A stretch of 64,000 nucleotides of DNA from Ostreococcus lucimarinus (taxonomy: Eukaryota). This document shows, piece after piece, positions 10,958 through 20,366 of the stretch (position 1 is its first letter; each line of letters opens with the position of its first letter). A model generated the notes under the pieces. The model was not told where the DNA came from and ran no database searches. It saw nothing but the letters and a program-made list of their open reading frames with translations. Where the stretch lies: the NCBI GenBank assembly GCA_000092065.1, contig CP000587.1; one strand, given 5' to 3'. A program made the translations under genes and the position numbers.

Positions 10958-12169
10958 TCACACCATTGATTTCGACGATTTCCCCATCAGCCGGTGCACC
11001 GCGCTGCGACGTTGGCTCTCGCACAGCGCACCGCACACGGTCGTCGCGAAGACGCACAGACAAACCAAGCGCGGCGCGCCGGCGGACGTCGCGTCCGAGC
11101 TCTCTAATCTCGCGAGCATAAAAGCGCCCGTGATGCAGTTATACGTCGCGATGACGGTGGTAACGATGCCGATCGCGCGGTGCCACTTGCGAAAGTCCGC
11201 TCGCGGTAAAGACTTTCGAACGTACCCGGCGTACGCTTGCGCGATCGCCAACCCGACGACCATGGCGCCGTATCTCCCGTGCGCCCCCCAGGGCTTCGAC
11301 CACCCGCGCGCGGCGATGATGACGTACGCCGCGACGACGCTCAACGCTACCGCCGCGCACTGCGCCGCGCGATGGAAGCGAAACCACCAAGGATCGAATT
11401 TCCGTCCGTATCGCGCGGCGAACGACGCGCCGGGCGAAAGAATCAACCACGCGAATCCCATCAACGACCCGTGCGCTAACCGCGCGACGCCCAATCTTCG
11501 CGCGCGCGCCGTTTCCGCGCGCGCGTCCACCCCATCGTCCGTTCTCGGCGCGCGCCAGCCCCCCGCCAGCGCCGCGTCGACGCTCGGCGCGCGCGCGCCG
11601 TCGCTCGCGTTCGCCTCGCGCGCCTCGTCCAGTCGCGCGTTCGCGTCCGCGTCGACGTCTCCTCCCTGTCCGCACGCCACGTCGCGCTCGACGGCGTACC
11701 ACGTGTTATAATCCTCGACGACCGTCGCTTCGAAGCGTACCGCGTCGAACGCGTCGTCCGGCGCCATCCACGGGACCACGACGCTCGTCGTCGCGTCCGT
11801 CGAGCCGTCGTGCGTCGCGAACGCGTTCGACCCGCAGTCCGATTTCACCCGCGTCCCGCGCGGCATCGCGCGCGCGTCGAACGCCCCGAGCGCCTCCCCG
11901 CTCGCCGCGCGCGTCGCGCGCAACAGAAACCCACGAAACGGCGCGCGCGCGCGAATCTCAACCGCCACCGTCGTCCCGCGCGCGACGCGTCCGACGCGCA
12001 CGACGACGTCCTCGCGCGCGCGCGGCGTCGCGCGCGTCCCGTGCCCGACGCTCGCGTGCGCGCACGCGCCCGCGCCGCCGGAGAAGGCGCGCGCGCATCG
12101 CGCGAGGAGCGCGAGCGCGACGACGCGCGCGACGGACGCGCGCCGCATTCTGGCGCGCGGCGCGCGCAT
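10958..12169 (-). CDS. DOMON/reeler-like domain + cytochrome b561 domain protein, with signal peptide
   Basis: C-terminal four to five transmembrane helices with the b561 heme-ligand His pattern (…FWFRFHRAAQCAAVALSVVAAYVIIAARG…HGRYGAMVVGLAIAQAYAGY…WHRAIGIVTTVIATYNCITG). The start is set at MRAPRARMRRASVARVVALALLARCARAFS (signal peptide). The ORF-track extension to 13150 runs through a (GAAC)n microsatellite and is Arg-rich. Confidence 0.7.
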   Translation of the reverse strand: MRAPRARMRRASVARVVALALLARCARAFSGGAGACAHASVGHGTRATPRAREDVVVRVGRVARGTTVAVEIRARAPFRGFLLRATRAASGEALGAFDARAMPRGTRVKSDCGSNAFATHDGSTDATTSVVVPWMAPDDAFDAVRFEATVVEDYNTWYAVERDVACGQGGDVDADANARLDEAREANASDGARAPSVDAALAGGWRAPRTDDGVDARAETARARRLGVARLAHGSLMGFAWLILSPGASFAARYGRKFDPWWFRFHRAAQCAAVALSVVAAYVIIAARGWSKPWGAHGRYGAMVVGLAIAQAYAGYVRKSLPRADFRKWHRAIGIVTTVIATYNCITGAFMLARLESSDATSAGAPRLVCLCVFATTVCGALCESQRRSAVHRLMGKSSKSMV

Positions 12170-12241
12170 GGGCGCGCGCGCGTCGCGCGAGGGCGCGCCG
12201 CGCGACAACGGCGCGCTCGACGACGACGGCTTCGTCACGGT

Positions 12242-12282
<41 letters not shown>

Positions 12283-12600
12283 ATTTCGCACTCGCATTCG
12301 TTCGCGTTCGACGCGTTTCGCGCGCGCGTTTCGCGCGTTTCGCGCGCGCGACTGACGCCGCGAGCGCGTCGCGTCGCAGGTGGCATCGCGCGACGCCGCC
12401 GCGCGCGAGCGCGACGCCCTCGACGCCGCGCATCGCGCCGCGGACGCCGCCATCGACGCGCTCGCGGACGCGCAGCCGTACTGCGACGACCCCGAGGTCG
12501 CCGCGACGCTCGCGCGCGCCGCCGCGCTCGACGCCGCGGACGCCGCGCGCGACGCGAGCGACGCGAGCGATGCGGCGCGCGACGCGAGCGACCCGCGATA

Positions 12601-12672
12601 GCGCCGTGTGAACGAACGAACGAACGAACGAACGAACGAACGAACGAACGAAAAAACGAAAAAACGAACGAA
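12601..12672. repeat. (GAAC)n tetranucleotide microsatellite, ~16 units with two A-rich interruptions
   Basis: gaacgaacgaacgaac… is read directly in the sequence. It lies in the divergent spacer between the b561 gene and the CONSTANS-like gene. Confidence 0.9.
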
Positions 12673-12693
12673 CGACACGGCGCGGTCCGCACA

Positions 12694-12795
12694 ATGACGC
12701 GCGCGCCCGTTCCGTGCGACGCCTGCGCGCACGGCGTCGCGCGCCTGTACTGCGCCGCGGACGACGCGAAATTGTGCCTGCGATGCGATCGAACG
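12694..12795 (+). CDS. CONSTANS-like protein, exon 1 (B-box-type zinc finger)
   Basis: MTRAPVPCDACAHGVARLYCAADDAKLCLRCDRT has the CX2CX8CX7CX2C spacing of a B-box. A GTGCGC donor follows codon 34. Confidence 0.6.
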
Positions 12796-13383
12796 GTGCG
12801 CGACGCGCGAACGCGAACGCGATTTTCGACACGCCGCCGGAAAGCGGGCGAGGGCACTTTACGCGGGAACGACGCGCGGCGCGCGCGCGCGCGCGACGAG
12901 GACGCGCGCGGGGGCGGGATTTCGGTGACGCGTATTTTGTGCCACCGTCGCGACGCGTCGAGGAGGTCGACGACGCGCGTCCGCGGGATCGCGCGACGAC
13001 GTTCGTCGCGGAGGCGTTCGTTACGAATGCGTGAATTGTCGACGACTGACGACGACGACGACGACGCGATGGACGCGCGAGCAGGTGCACAACGCGAATA
13101 AATTCGCGGAAAAACACTCGAGGCGTTGGTTGTGCGAGATGTGCGCGCACGCGTGCGCAGAGGTGCGAGAGAGGCGAGGCGAGGCGAATTCGAACGGCGG
13201 TTGAGTAGTTAGGGCTCGGACGAGGACGCGGCGAGACGCGAGAAGGCGAGGGCGAAGGCGCGCGCGCGAACGGGGACGCGATGGGGCGTTTCGAACTCGC
13301 GAGAGACGATGTGCGAGGATGTGGTGTCGACGAGAGACTGACGAAACGTTCACGTCGCGCGACGACGATCGGCGGAAACGTAG

Positions 13384-14406
13384 GTTATGCGCGAAAACGA
13401 AGACGGCGTCACGGGGACGACGACGTGCGAGGCGTGCGATCGAGCGCACGGTTCGGGACGCGCGGTGGCGCTCAGAGCGTTTCACGAATGTGCGATGTCG
13501 GATGAGGCGTATCGCGCGGTCGGGAAAGGGATGAAGCAGACGCGGCGGGGGAGGCCGTCGAATAAGAGCAAGTCGGAGGTTCAAGCGCTCGACGCCGAGG
13601 TGTCTGATGAAACGTTTTGGAGCCTGGTGAAAAAGTCGCAAATTCGTCCGAGCGAAGAGCCCTCGTTCGATCGAGTGGACCTTTTTAGCGGCGACGACGG
13701 TCGGGGTCAAATGACGAGCGATGATAAGGACGATGAAGCGTTCATCGACGGTTTGATTCGCATGCCGTCGTTTACGATGCTCGACGCGGAGATGAACGTG
13801 CGAGTGGACGGTTCGGCGGCGAATTTCGGGACGCCGTCGCCCGCAGAAAGCTCGGGCGCACCGGTGCGACAGGCGTATAACAGTATTTTCGAATCGAGTC
13901 AGGCTACGGGGCAAATGTCGCGCGCCCGTGCGACGTCTCAATCGGACAGCGCCGCCGACGGCATCGATTCCATGTTCATGCCGGGGGGCGTGAGATCGAG
14001 CAACGAGCACGTAGAAGAGCTTTTGGCGCCGCGAGTGGATGGCGAAAGAAACATGTTCTACGACATCGACGCCGCGGGACAGTGGCGAATGAAGAAACCT
14101 AAGAAGAGTGGGCGTCCCAAGAAGATGTCCGCCGCCCGCAACGCGCGCAAACCCGCGGCGACGAATTCGTCGGCGGCGTACGCCGCGAACGCGCCAGATC
14201 ATTCTGCCAAACTCCCGGGCGGTGCATCTCGTCAACAAGTGCTCGATCGGTACCACGAGAAGCGTAAGGCTCGCACATACGGTAAAACAATCCACTACGA
14301 GGCGAGAAAAGTCCGCGCCGAAACGCGCGTTCGAGTCGGTGGTCGATTCGCCAAAGCGGAAGACAGATCTTGCGACGTCTCAATCAAGGGTGCCGTACCC
14401 GCGTGA
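13384..14406 (+). CDS. CONSTANS-like protein, exon 2 (contains CCT domain)
   Basis: Same frame as exon 1. CCT motif RQQVLDRYHEKRKARTYGKTIHYEARKVRAETRVRVGGRFAK. The inferred intron 12796..13383 has GAGACTGAC ~42 nt upstream of the acceptor AG and gives a phase-0 junction (…CDRT|VMRENEDG…). Confidence 0.7.
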   Translation, partial: VMRENEDGVTGTTTCEACDRAHGSGRAVALRAFHECAMSDEAYRAVGKGMKQTRRGRPSNKSKSEVQALDAEVSDETFWSLVKKSQIRPSEEPSFDRVDLFSGDDGRGQMTSDDKDDEAFIDGLIRMPSFTMLDAEMNVRVDGSAANFGTPSPAESSGAPVRQAYNSIFESSQATGQMSRARATSQSDSAADGIDSMFMPGGVRSSNEHVEELLAPRVDGERNMFYDIDAAGQWRMKKPKKSGRPKKMSAARNARKPAATNSSAAYAANAPDHSAKLPGGASRQQVLDRYHEKRKARTYGKTIHYEARKVRAETRVRVGGRFAKAEDRSCDVSIKGAVPA

Positions 14407-14727
14407 AGACAACAAAACACTCACCCGCACTGACACATTCACAGCACTTATCCGTGCACCGATTCTTTTTTCAACCCATCTTGGATAACTCCAAACTCGG
14501 GCCTTTTCCAATATTTTTAGAGCGACGTCGACCGCGGCTCCGCCGCGTCTCGGCGCCACGCTCCCGTGTACATTTTCTCTATTCGATTCTATTCGCTCGC
14601 GTCTCCTGTACTTCAGATGATTTTTTAACATAACAAACATTTTTTCATACCCTCAATCGCGCCTTCCGCGCCCTCCTCCGTCGTCGCGCGTCCGCGTCCC
14701 GCCTCGCGCTCGACGTCGCGCGCGCGC

Positions 14728-15060
14728 TCACGCGACCCCTCCCCCCCCCCCGCACCCCTTCTCGCCCTCGCCGTCCCTCGAGATCGTCACGTCCCGATGC
14801 GCCGCGTCCACGGTCATCCGAAACGCCCCCTCATCGCCCTCTCGCACCGCTTGCACGACGTGCGTCCGCACGAACGTCGCCGCCTCCACCGCCGCCGCGA
14901 TCTTCATCTTCGCGTCGTTCGCGTCGACGTCGCGCGCGCGCTCGAACTGCGTTCGTATCTCGCGGTGCGCCGCGTCGAGCGCGCGCGCGTCGCCCGCGAA
15001 CGCCTTGGCGCGCGCGCGCATCAGCGCGCGGTACGCACCGACCGCGCTCGGCGTCGCCAT
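14728..15060 (-). CDS. Complex1_LYR (LYR-motif) family protein
   Basis: MATPSAVGAYRALMRARAKAFAGDARALDAAHREIRTQFE… has an LYR-like Y-R-x-L…R…F pattern and the three-helix size class of LYRM/ISD11 proteins. The start is taken at an internal ATG of the ORF 14728..15141. Confidence 0.5.
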   Translation of the reverse strand: MATPSAVGAYRALMRARAKAFAGDARALDAAHREIRTQFERARDVDANDAKMKIAAAVEAATFVRTHVVQAVREGDEGAFRMTVDAAHRDVTISRDGEGEKGCGGGGGVA

Positions 15061-15386
15061 CGTGTGCGGCGCTCTTTGCGTCGCGACGAAGCGCGGCGAC
15101 GCGAAGCGACGTTTCTCGGACGCGCCGCGATCGATCCACACCGCGACAAAGAGACGCGATCGATCGCATTCGACGACGACGACGCGGACAATTTTGTGTC
15201 CGAGGATTCAGCGGTGCGCCCGTCGCGCGCGCGCGCGGCGACGCGACGCGCGCGCGGCGACGCGACGCGCGCGGCGAGGGCGACGAAGACGAAGACGCGA
15301 ACGAGGGCGCGAACGACGCGCGCGGCGAGCGACGCGCGCGCGAATACGGCGAACGCGCGCCGCGCGGTCGAGCGCGGCGAGCGCTA

Positions 15387-16661
15387 TTGCGCGCGCGGTC
15401 GGAAGACGTCGGACTGACGCGCGAACGCGGCGCGCGCGCGCAGAGGAAGAGGGAGATGGAAGGCATGGGCGACGAGGCGGAACGAGGCGCGAACGCGGCG
15501 ACGATCGAGCCGGCGCGCGAGGCGCGGGCGAAGAAACGGATCTTGTTGCTGCTGAGCGGCGCCCAAATGCAAGACGTCAAGATGGTGGAATTCGCGCGAG
15601 CGTTCGCGCTTGAACCGAACGATGACGTGTGGTGCGTGCATTACTCGAGAGGCGCGACGCGCTACGCGAGCGCGATGTACGGACCGGGACGCGTCGCGGG
15701 GTCGTACAAAGCGGACGAGGATTCGGTGACGGAGCGGTTGGGGGTGCGCGTCGTGCCGCTGCGACGAGACGACGCCGAGGGCGCGGAATCGGAACGCGAG
15801 TCTTCGTGGTTGCCAGAGTACGTTCGAGCGGAACTGCTCGATCGGCGGTTGAGCGGGAAATCGTTCGTGCAGGCTGTGGAGATTTCGGGATCGAGCGGCA
15901 AGTTTTCGGTCGAAGAGGCCGTGCAGGCCATCGTCGACGGCGAGTTCGCGAGCGCCGAGAACGATAATTGGGTGTGCATTCCGAAGCCCGATCTCATCGT
16001 CATGGGATGCCGCGGACACGGTCTCGTCCGGCGTGCGCTGCTCGGAAGCGTGACACAAAATGTTTTGAACCGCATCCCGGTGTCCACGCTCTTTTTTCGA
16101 TCGTCTCTACCGAAGATTGTCGGAGCGAGCGATTTAGTCAAGCAAAAACTCGGAGGCGTCGATCAACGCGTGGTGTGCATTTGCATGAGCGGCTCCAATT
16201 CCAGTCGGCGACTGTGCGAATACTTCGTAAAGGAGCACATACGGTCCACCGACGTCGTTCTCTTGTTACACTGTCTCGCAGAGTCGCAACGCAAGCAAAA
16301 GGATCTGAGCGAGGCGGATGTCGAAGAGAATCTCTCTCGATCGTACGACCTCGTCCAAAATTTTCAAAAGGAGCACCCTGGCCACGGACGCGTCATTCGC
16401 ATGGTTTTACAGAAGGAGACGGGAAGTGCGTCGGACATACGCGATCGCACGATCGACTTTTTGAACATGACTGATGTGAACCTTGCCGTCGTCGGTCGAG
16501 CGATTTCGTCCGGGCACTTGCGATCGCGCTTTATGTCGCCGTACCCTCAGTATTGCGTCACGCACGCGCCGTGCCCAGTTTTGGTGTGGAATCCACCTCC
16601 CTCGTACATTCGCTCGCAGTCGCAAACATCCGCCGCGGAAAAATCCACCGTCGCGGCGTGA
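15387..16661 (+). CDS. tandem universal stress protein (UspA) domain protein
   Basis: Two USP domains, each ending in the G-x2-G-x9-G(S/T) ATP-binding block: IVMGCRGHGLVRRALLGSVTQNVLNRIPVSTLFF and LAVVGRAISSGHLRSRFMSPYPQYCVTHAPCPVLVW. Confidence 0.8.
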   Translation: MRARSEDVGLTRERGARAQRKREMEGMGDEAERGANAATIEPAREARAKKRILLLLSGAQMQDVKMVEFARAFALEPNDDVWCVHYSRGATRYASAMYGPGRVAGSYKADEDSVTERLGVRVVPLRRDDAEGAESERESSWLPEYVRAELLDRRLSGKSFVQAVEISGSSGKFSVEEAVQAIVDGEFASAENDNWVCIPKPDLIVMGCRGHGLVRRALLGSVTQNVLNRIPVSTLFFRSSLPKIVGASDLVKQKLGGVDQRVVCICMSGSNSSRRLCEYFVKEHIRSTDVVLLLHCLAESQRKQKDLSEADVEENLSRSYDLVQNFQKEHPGHGRVIRMVLQKETGSASDIRDRTIDFLNMTDVNLAVVGRAISSGHLRSRFMSPYPQYCVTHAPCPVLVWNPPPSYIRSQSQTSAAEKSTVAA

Positions 16662-16823
16662 TCGCCGGCGCAAAAAACACCGATGCACGATGTTTCAATG
16701 TCATTCAACTTTAGGCGTGATCGCCGGCGCAAAAAACACCGATGCACGACTTTTCAATGCCATTCAACTTTAGGCGTGATCGCCGGCGCAAAAAACACCG
16801 ATGCACGACTTTTCAATTCCATT
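16647..16823. repeat. three tandem copies of a 59-bp unit (ggcgtgatcgccggcgcaaaaaacaccgatgcacga[c/t][g/t]tttcaat[g/t][c/t]cattcaacttta)
   Basis: Direct read; copies are 95-100% identical. The TGA stop of the USP gene lies in copy 1, and the stop of the convergent minus-strand gene (16846) lies ~25 bp after copy 3. Confidence 0.85.
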
Positions 16824-16845
16824 CAACTTTACTACAACCGCTACG

Positions 16846-17850
16846 CTACATCTTCACGCGCTTCGACGCCGGCTCGTCGTCATCCCTCAGCTTGATGCGC
16901 ACGCCCGCTTCGTTCGTGATGAAGAACAAATGAACGCGTTCTTCGCCCTCTTCGCCCTTGGCGCTTTCGCGCAACTCGTCAAAGGGAAATTCCGCGCCGA
17001 CGAGCTCGTATTCCCCTCCGGACGGACCGAACGCGACATCCTTCATCGGCGTCGTCGCAAACTCGCTCGAAGCGATCGTGCGCGTCGTCATCTCCGTCGC
17101 CGCCTCGTTCGCGACGCAACTCTCGTCGTCTCCGAGCGTCGCCGCCAGCGACTCGTCCAGGCGCTCGACGCCGACGGGCACGTGATCGAACCAAATATTC
17201 GCCAGCAGCGTCACTCGCGCCGCCGACGCGTCGACGTCCCCGCTCGCGAATTCATCGAACACGCCGTGCAAAAACCGTCCGTCGAACTTGAAGTGCGCGC
17301 CCGCCTTCGGTATCATCACCGCCGCGCGTTCGCACCGCGCGCCCGCCTCGTCCCTCGCCTCCGCGTCCGGCCTTCCTCGCGCCGTCAGCCCCTCGAACAC
17401 CACCGTCGGCGCCACGCGCGCGCTCTCCTCGACCTCCACGTACGTCACCGTCGACACGTGCGGCGTCACGCACACGCCCGCGATCTCCCGCGCGCGTTCG
17501 TCCTTGTCCCAGTGCGCCGCCGTCGCTCGCGTCCGCGCCCAAAACTCCACCCCCGACCGCGCGTCGTCTCGCGTCACCCCTCGCGCGTGCGCGTCGTACA
17601 CCGATTTCACGAATCGCTCCAGCGCGCACCGCGGCGCGTCGCGCGCGCCGAGCCACAGCGTTCCGAGCGCGTCGATCTTCCGACACGAATCGGCGAGTCG
17701 CGCGCGATGCGCCGCCGTGCGCGCGAACGCGTCGCGCGCGCGCGTCGCGAAGTACGCGCCCTCGTCGCCGTCGATCGCGGCGCCGTGCACGCGCCCGCGC
17801 GCGTCGAGGACGACGCAGAAGGCGTCGTCGTCGTCGTCGTCGCGCGGCAT
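16846..17850 (-). CDS. hypothetical protein, possible cupin / 2OG-Fe(II)-oxygenase-like fold
   Basis: Complex composition. HWDKDE (HxD) and a later FLHGV could form an HxD…H iron facial triad, and LWLGARDA resembles the JmjC/cupin LWIG block. Weak assignment. The start is set at the internal ATG (MPRDDDDDD…). Confidence 0.45.
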   Translation of the reverse strand: MPRDDDDDDAFCVVLDARGRVHGAAIDGDEGAYFATRARDAFARTAAHRARLADSCRKIDALGTLWLGARDAPRCALERFVKSVYDAHARGVTRDDARSGVEFWARTRATAAHWDKDERAREIAGVCVTPHVSTVTYVEVEESARVAPTVVFEGLTARGRPDAEARDEAGARCERAAVMIPKAGAHFKFDGRFLHGVFDEFASGDVDASAARVTLLANIWFDHVPVGVERLDESLAATLGDDESCVANEAATEMTTRTIASSEFATTPMKDVAFGPSGGEYELVGAEFPFDELRESAKGEEGEERVHLFFITNEAGVRIKLRDDDEPASKRVKM

Positions 17851-18011
17851 CGTGACGCGGCGGCGGCGGCACTGCGCGACGACGCCTCGGACGCCTCGCA
17901 CGCGACTCGCACGCGCGCGCGCCTCGGACGCGCGTCGCACGTTCGCGCGCGTCGCGCGCGTCGCGCCGGCGCCTCGCGCGCGTCGCGCGCGCGACGCGCG
18001 CCTCGGTCGAC

Positions 18012-19772
18012 ATGGCGGCGGCGGCGCGCGCGATCGGTCTCGCGTCGCGCGCGACGCGATGCGAGCGACGCGGCGACGGCGCGGGCGCGACGGCGTCGAC
18101 GCGAACGGCGCGGACGCGCGCGCGCGACGCGCGGGCGCGCGCGAGGGCGACGCGCGCGACGAGCGGGAGCGGAGGAGGGAAGGGACGAGGCGGGGACATT
18201 CAACGCATGCTGGCGAACGCGGACTCCGCGGAGGCGGCGCTGAGAGTCGTGGAGAGCGACTTGGACGCGTTCGATGCGGTGCACGCGGCGACGGCGCTGC
18301 ACCGAGTGGCGAAGTTCTCGGCGCCGGAGTCGAGACTGGAGCGGGACTTTTCGCGCGCGGAGGGATTGACGAACGACGGAAGGTTTAGAGCGTTGGCGGC
18401 GAGCGTGGCGACGCGCGTGGATGAGTTTGACGCGTTTGGATTGGCGAACGTGGCTTGGAGCTTCGCGAAGATTGGATACACGCCGAGTCAAGAGACGCTG
18501 GGGGCGCTCGCGGCGCGGTTGGAACGCGAAGTGTCCAAGCAAGGGGCGAGGCTGAAACCGCAGTCGTTGAGCAACGCGACGTACGCGTTCGGGCGAATGC
18601 GGTTCAAACCGCCGAGATCGACGCTCGAAGCGCTGTGTGCGGCGACGACGAGAGAGATGGGCGAGTTCAGGGCGGACGAACTTTCGGGAATGCTGCTCGG
18701 ATTGGCGCATTTGGATCACGTTCCCGACGCGGCGTTCTTGAAAGCGTCGACGGATTTCATCGCGAAGAATTTGCGTAGATTCGATGATGCGGCATCGTGT
18801 AACGTGCTTTGGGCGTTCGCACGAATGGACAAAGCGCTACCGCGCGATGTCATCGACGCTTTGCTCATACAGCTCGCGTCGCAGAACTTGGGAGGCGCGA
18901 ACAGCCACGTCAACGTGCCCATGTGCATGTACGCGTGCGCTCGACTGAGTCACCAGCCTTCGCCCGCTTTCGTCAAGGCTATCGACGCAGAGATTCCGCG
19001 ATGCGCTCGAAGAATGAATATTGGGTCGCTCGATTCGATGTTTTGGGCGCTAGGTACCTTGGGTGGTGCCGGCGAAGGTCAGCTCGAGCTCAGCGCCGAA
19101 TCGTACGAAGCTTTGTGCGCCGCCGTCACCGTCAAACGCGACATCGACGCCGAGCTCGTGTCCAAAGTATTCTGGGCGCTCGCAAAAGTGAATTTTCGCC
19201 CCTCCGACTCCACTCTCGTCGCTCTTGGCCGAATGGCGAAGTCGCGTGGGAAGGAGCTTGAGGATGAAAACGTCCTTCTCATCATGCACGCGTGGGGCGT
19301 GTTGCGCTGGAATCCTGGCGACGACGTCGTCGAAGAGTACGTCGGGCGCTTCGTAGATGATGAAACACAACGATTGAACGCTGGACAAGCGGCGAAGTTA
19401 TTGTGCGCGTACGGTCGAGTGCGATGGCTACCGCCCGCCGCACACGCAGACGCGCTCCTGGCGCTACTTATGCAAGAGGCGGCGGGCGGAAACTTGCATC
19501 CGGCCACGGCAGTTCTCGGTTTGTGGGGCGCATCCTTACTCGGATTAAAGCTCGAAACATCACAGCTCGATGTTTTGGCGCAAAACACAATCACACAGAA
19601 GCTTTCGCCGCGATCGCTCGCCAAGTGCGTGTGGTCGCTCGCCGCCTTGGGATACGATCCCACGCCGGTGGATTTGGCCGACCTCAAGCGCGCGACGGAC
19701 GAGGCCTGGGGCAAGCTTCCAATAAAAGATCAAACCGCGTTAAAACAAGCGATGACTCGACTGGGAGCCTAA
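18012..19772 (+). CDS. OPR / FASTK-like helical-repeat protein (probable organelle RNA-binding)
   Basis: At least 9 degenerate ~36-40 aa repeats centred on W-[AS]-[FL]-[AG]-K/R-[ILV]-G/N-[YFW]-x-P: WSFAKIGYTP, TYAFGRMRFKPP, LWAFARMDKALP, FWALGTLG, FWALAKVNFRPS, MHAWGVLRWNPG, LCAYGRVRWLPP, LGLWGASLL, VWSLAALGYDPTP. Arg/Ala-rich presequence. Confidence 0.75.
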   Translation: MAAAARAIGLASRATRCERRGDGAGATASTRTARTRARDARARARATRATSGSGGGKGRGGDIQRMLANADSAEAALRVVESDLDAFDAVHAATALHRVAKFSAPESRLERDFSRAEGLTNDGRFRALAASVATRVDEFDAFGLANVAWSFAKIGYTPSQETLGALAARLEREVSKQGARLKPQSLSNATYAFGRMRFKPPRSTLEALCAATTREMGEFRADELSGMLLGLAHLDHVPDAAFLKASTDFIAKNLRRFDDAASCNVLWAFARMDKALPRDVIDALLIQLASQNLGGANSHVNVPMCMYACARLSHQPSPAFVKAIDAEIPRCARRMNIGSLDSMFWALGTLGGAGEGQLELSAESYEALCAAVTVKRDIDAELVSKVFWALAKVNFRPSDSTLVALGRMAKSRGKELEDENVLLIMHAWGVLRWNPGDDVVEEYVGRFVDDETQRLNAGQAAKLLCAYGRVRWLPPAAHADALLALLMQEAAGGNLHPATAVLGLWGASLLGLKLETSQLDVLAQNTITQKLSPRSLAKCVWSLAALGYDPTPVDLADLKRATDEAWGKLPIKDQTALKQAMTRLGA

Positions 19773-19793
19773 ACAATTGTTGTATTTTTTACA

Positions 19794-20366
19794 CTAAACT
19801 TTCGCGTCCCGCAGCTCGCGCGTCGCCACTCGCCTCCACGACGCGCACGAGTCGTCCTCCACGTCCGTCTCCCACAGACTGATCGCGCTCACAACTATCC
19901 CTCTCGACAGCCCCTCTTCCCTAAAGTACGCGTCCGCCTCCTCTCTGATCCACTCTCTCGCCATCGCATCGTCCACTCCGTACGCCAGGCTCAGGTGCGG
20001 CTCGTACGCCTCCGCCGTCGGGACGCGCGTCCCGTGCGCCCGCTTCGCCCCCTCGAGCGTCGCCATCACGCGCGCGTCCTTTCGGAACCTTCTGTACGCG
20101 CATCGATGTCGCGTCGCGCCCAGAGTCGTGGCCTCGTCGCCGACGTCGTCGAGCGCGAACGCGTCGCGCGGCGTCGCGGCGTCGTCGACGAAGCGCTCGA
20201 ACGCGTCGCGCGCGTCGCCTTCGCGCGCGTCGAACGCGCCGATCACGGTGACGTGCGGCGCGAACGCGGGCGCACCGTCGACGCGCGCGCGGACGCGCTC
20301 GATGAAGCGCGCGATGGCGCGCGCGTGCGCGGCGCGAGGCTCGAGCCACACGCTGTACGACGGCAT
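19794..20366 (-). CDS. 2H-phosphoesterase family cyclic phosphodiesterase (CPDase/LigT-like)
   Basis: Two H-x-T/S-x motifs at the expected spacing (HVTV … HLSL) in a ~190 aa protein. MPSYSVWLEP matches the plant cyclic phosphodiesterase N-terminus. Confidence 0.7.
   Translation of the reverse strand: MPSYSVWLEPRAAHARAIARFIERVRARVDGAPAFAPHVTVIGAFDAREGDARDAFERFVDDAATPRDAFALDDVGDEATTLGATRHRCAYRRFRKDARVMATLEGAKRAHGTRVPTAEAYEPHLSLAYGVDDAMAREWIREEADAYFREEGLSRGIVVSAISLWETDVEDDSCASWRRVATRELRDAKV

Noticed and set aside
12170-13150. N-terminal ~330 aa of the 730-aa ORF 10958..13150 (including FVRSFVRS repeats)
   Set aside because: It runs through the (GAAC)n microsatellite and the CONSTANS-like gene on the opposite strand. 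The b561 protein has a clear signal peptide starting at 12169.
17252-18719. Overlapping 315-, 366- and 370-aa Arg-rich ORFs on both strands
   Set aside because: They overlap the cupin-like and OPR genes in other frames. Pure Arg/Ala composition.
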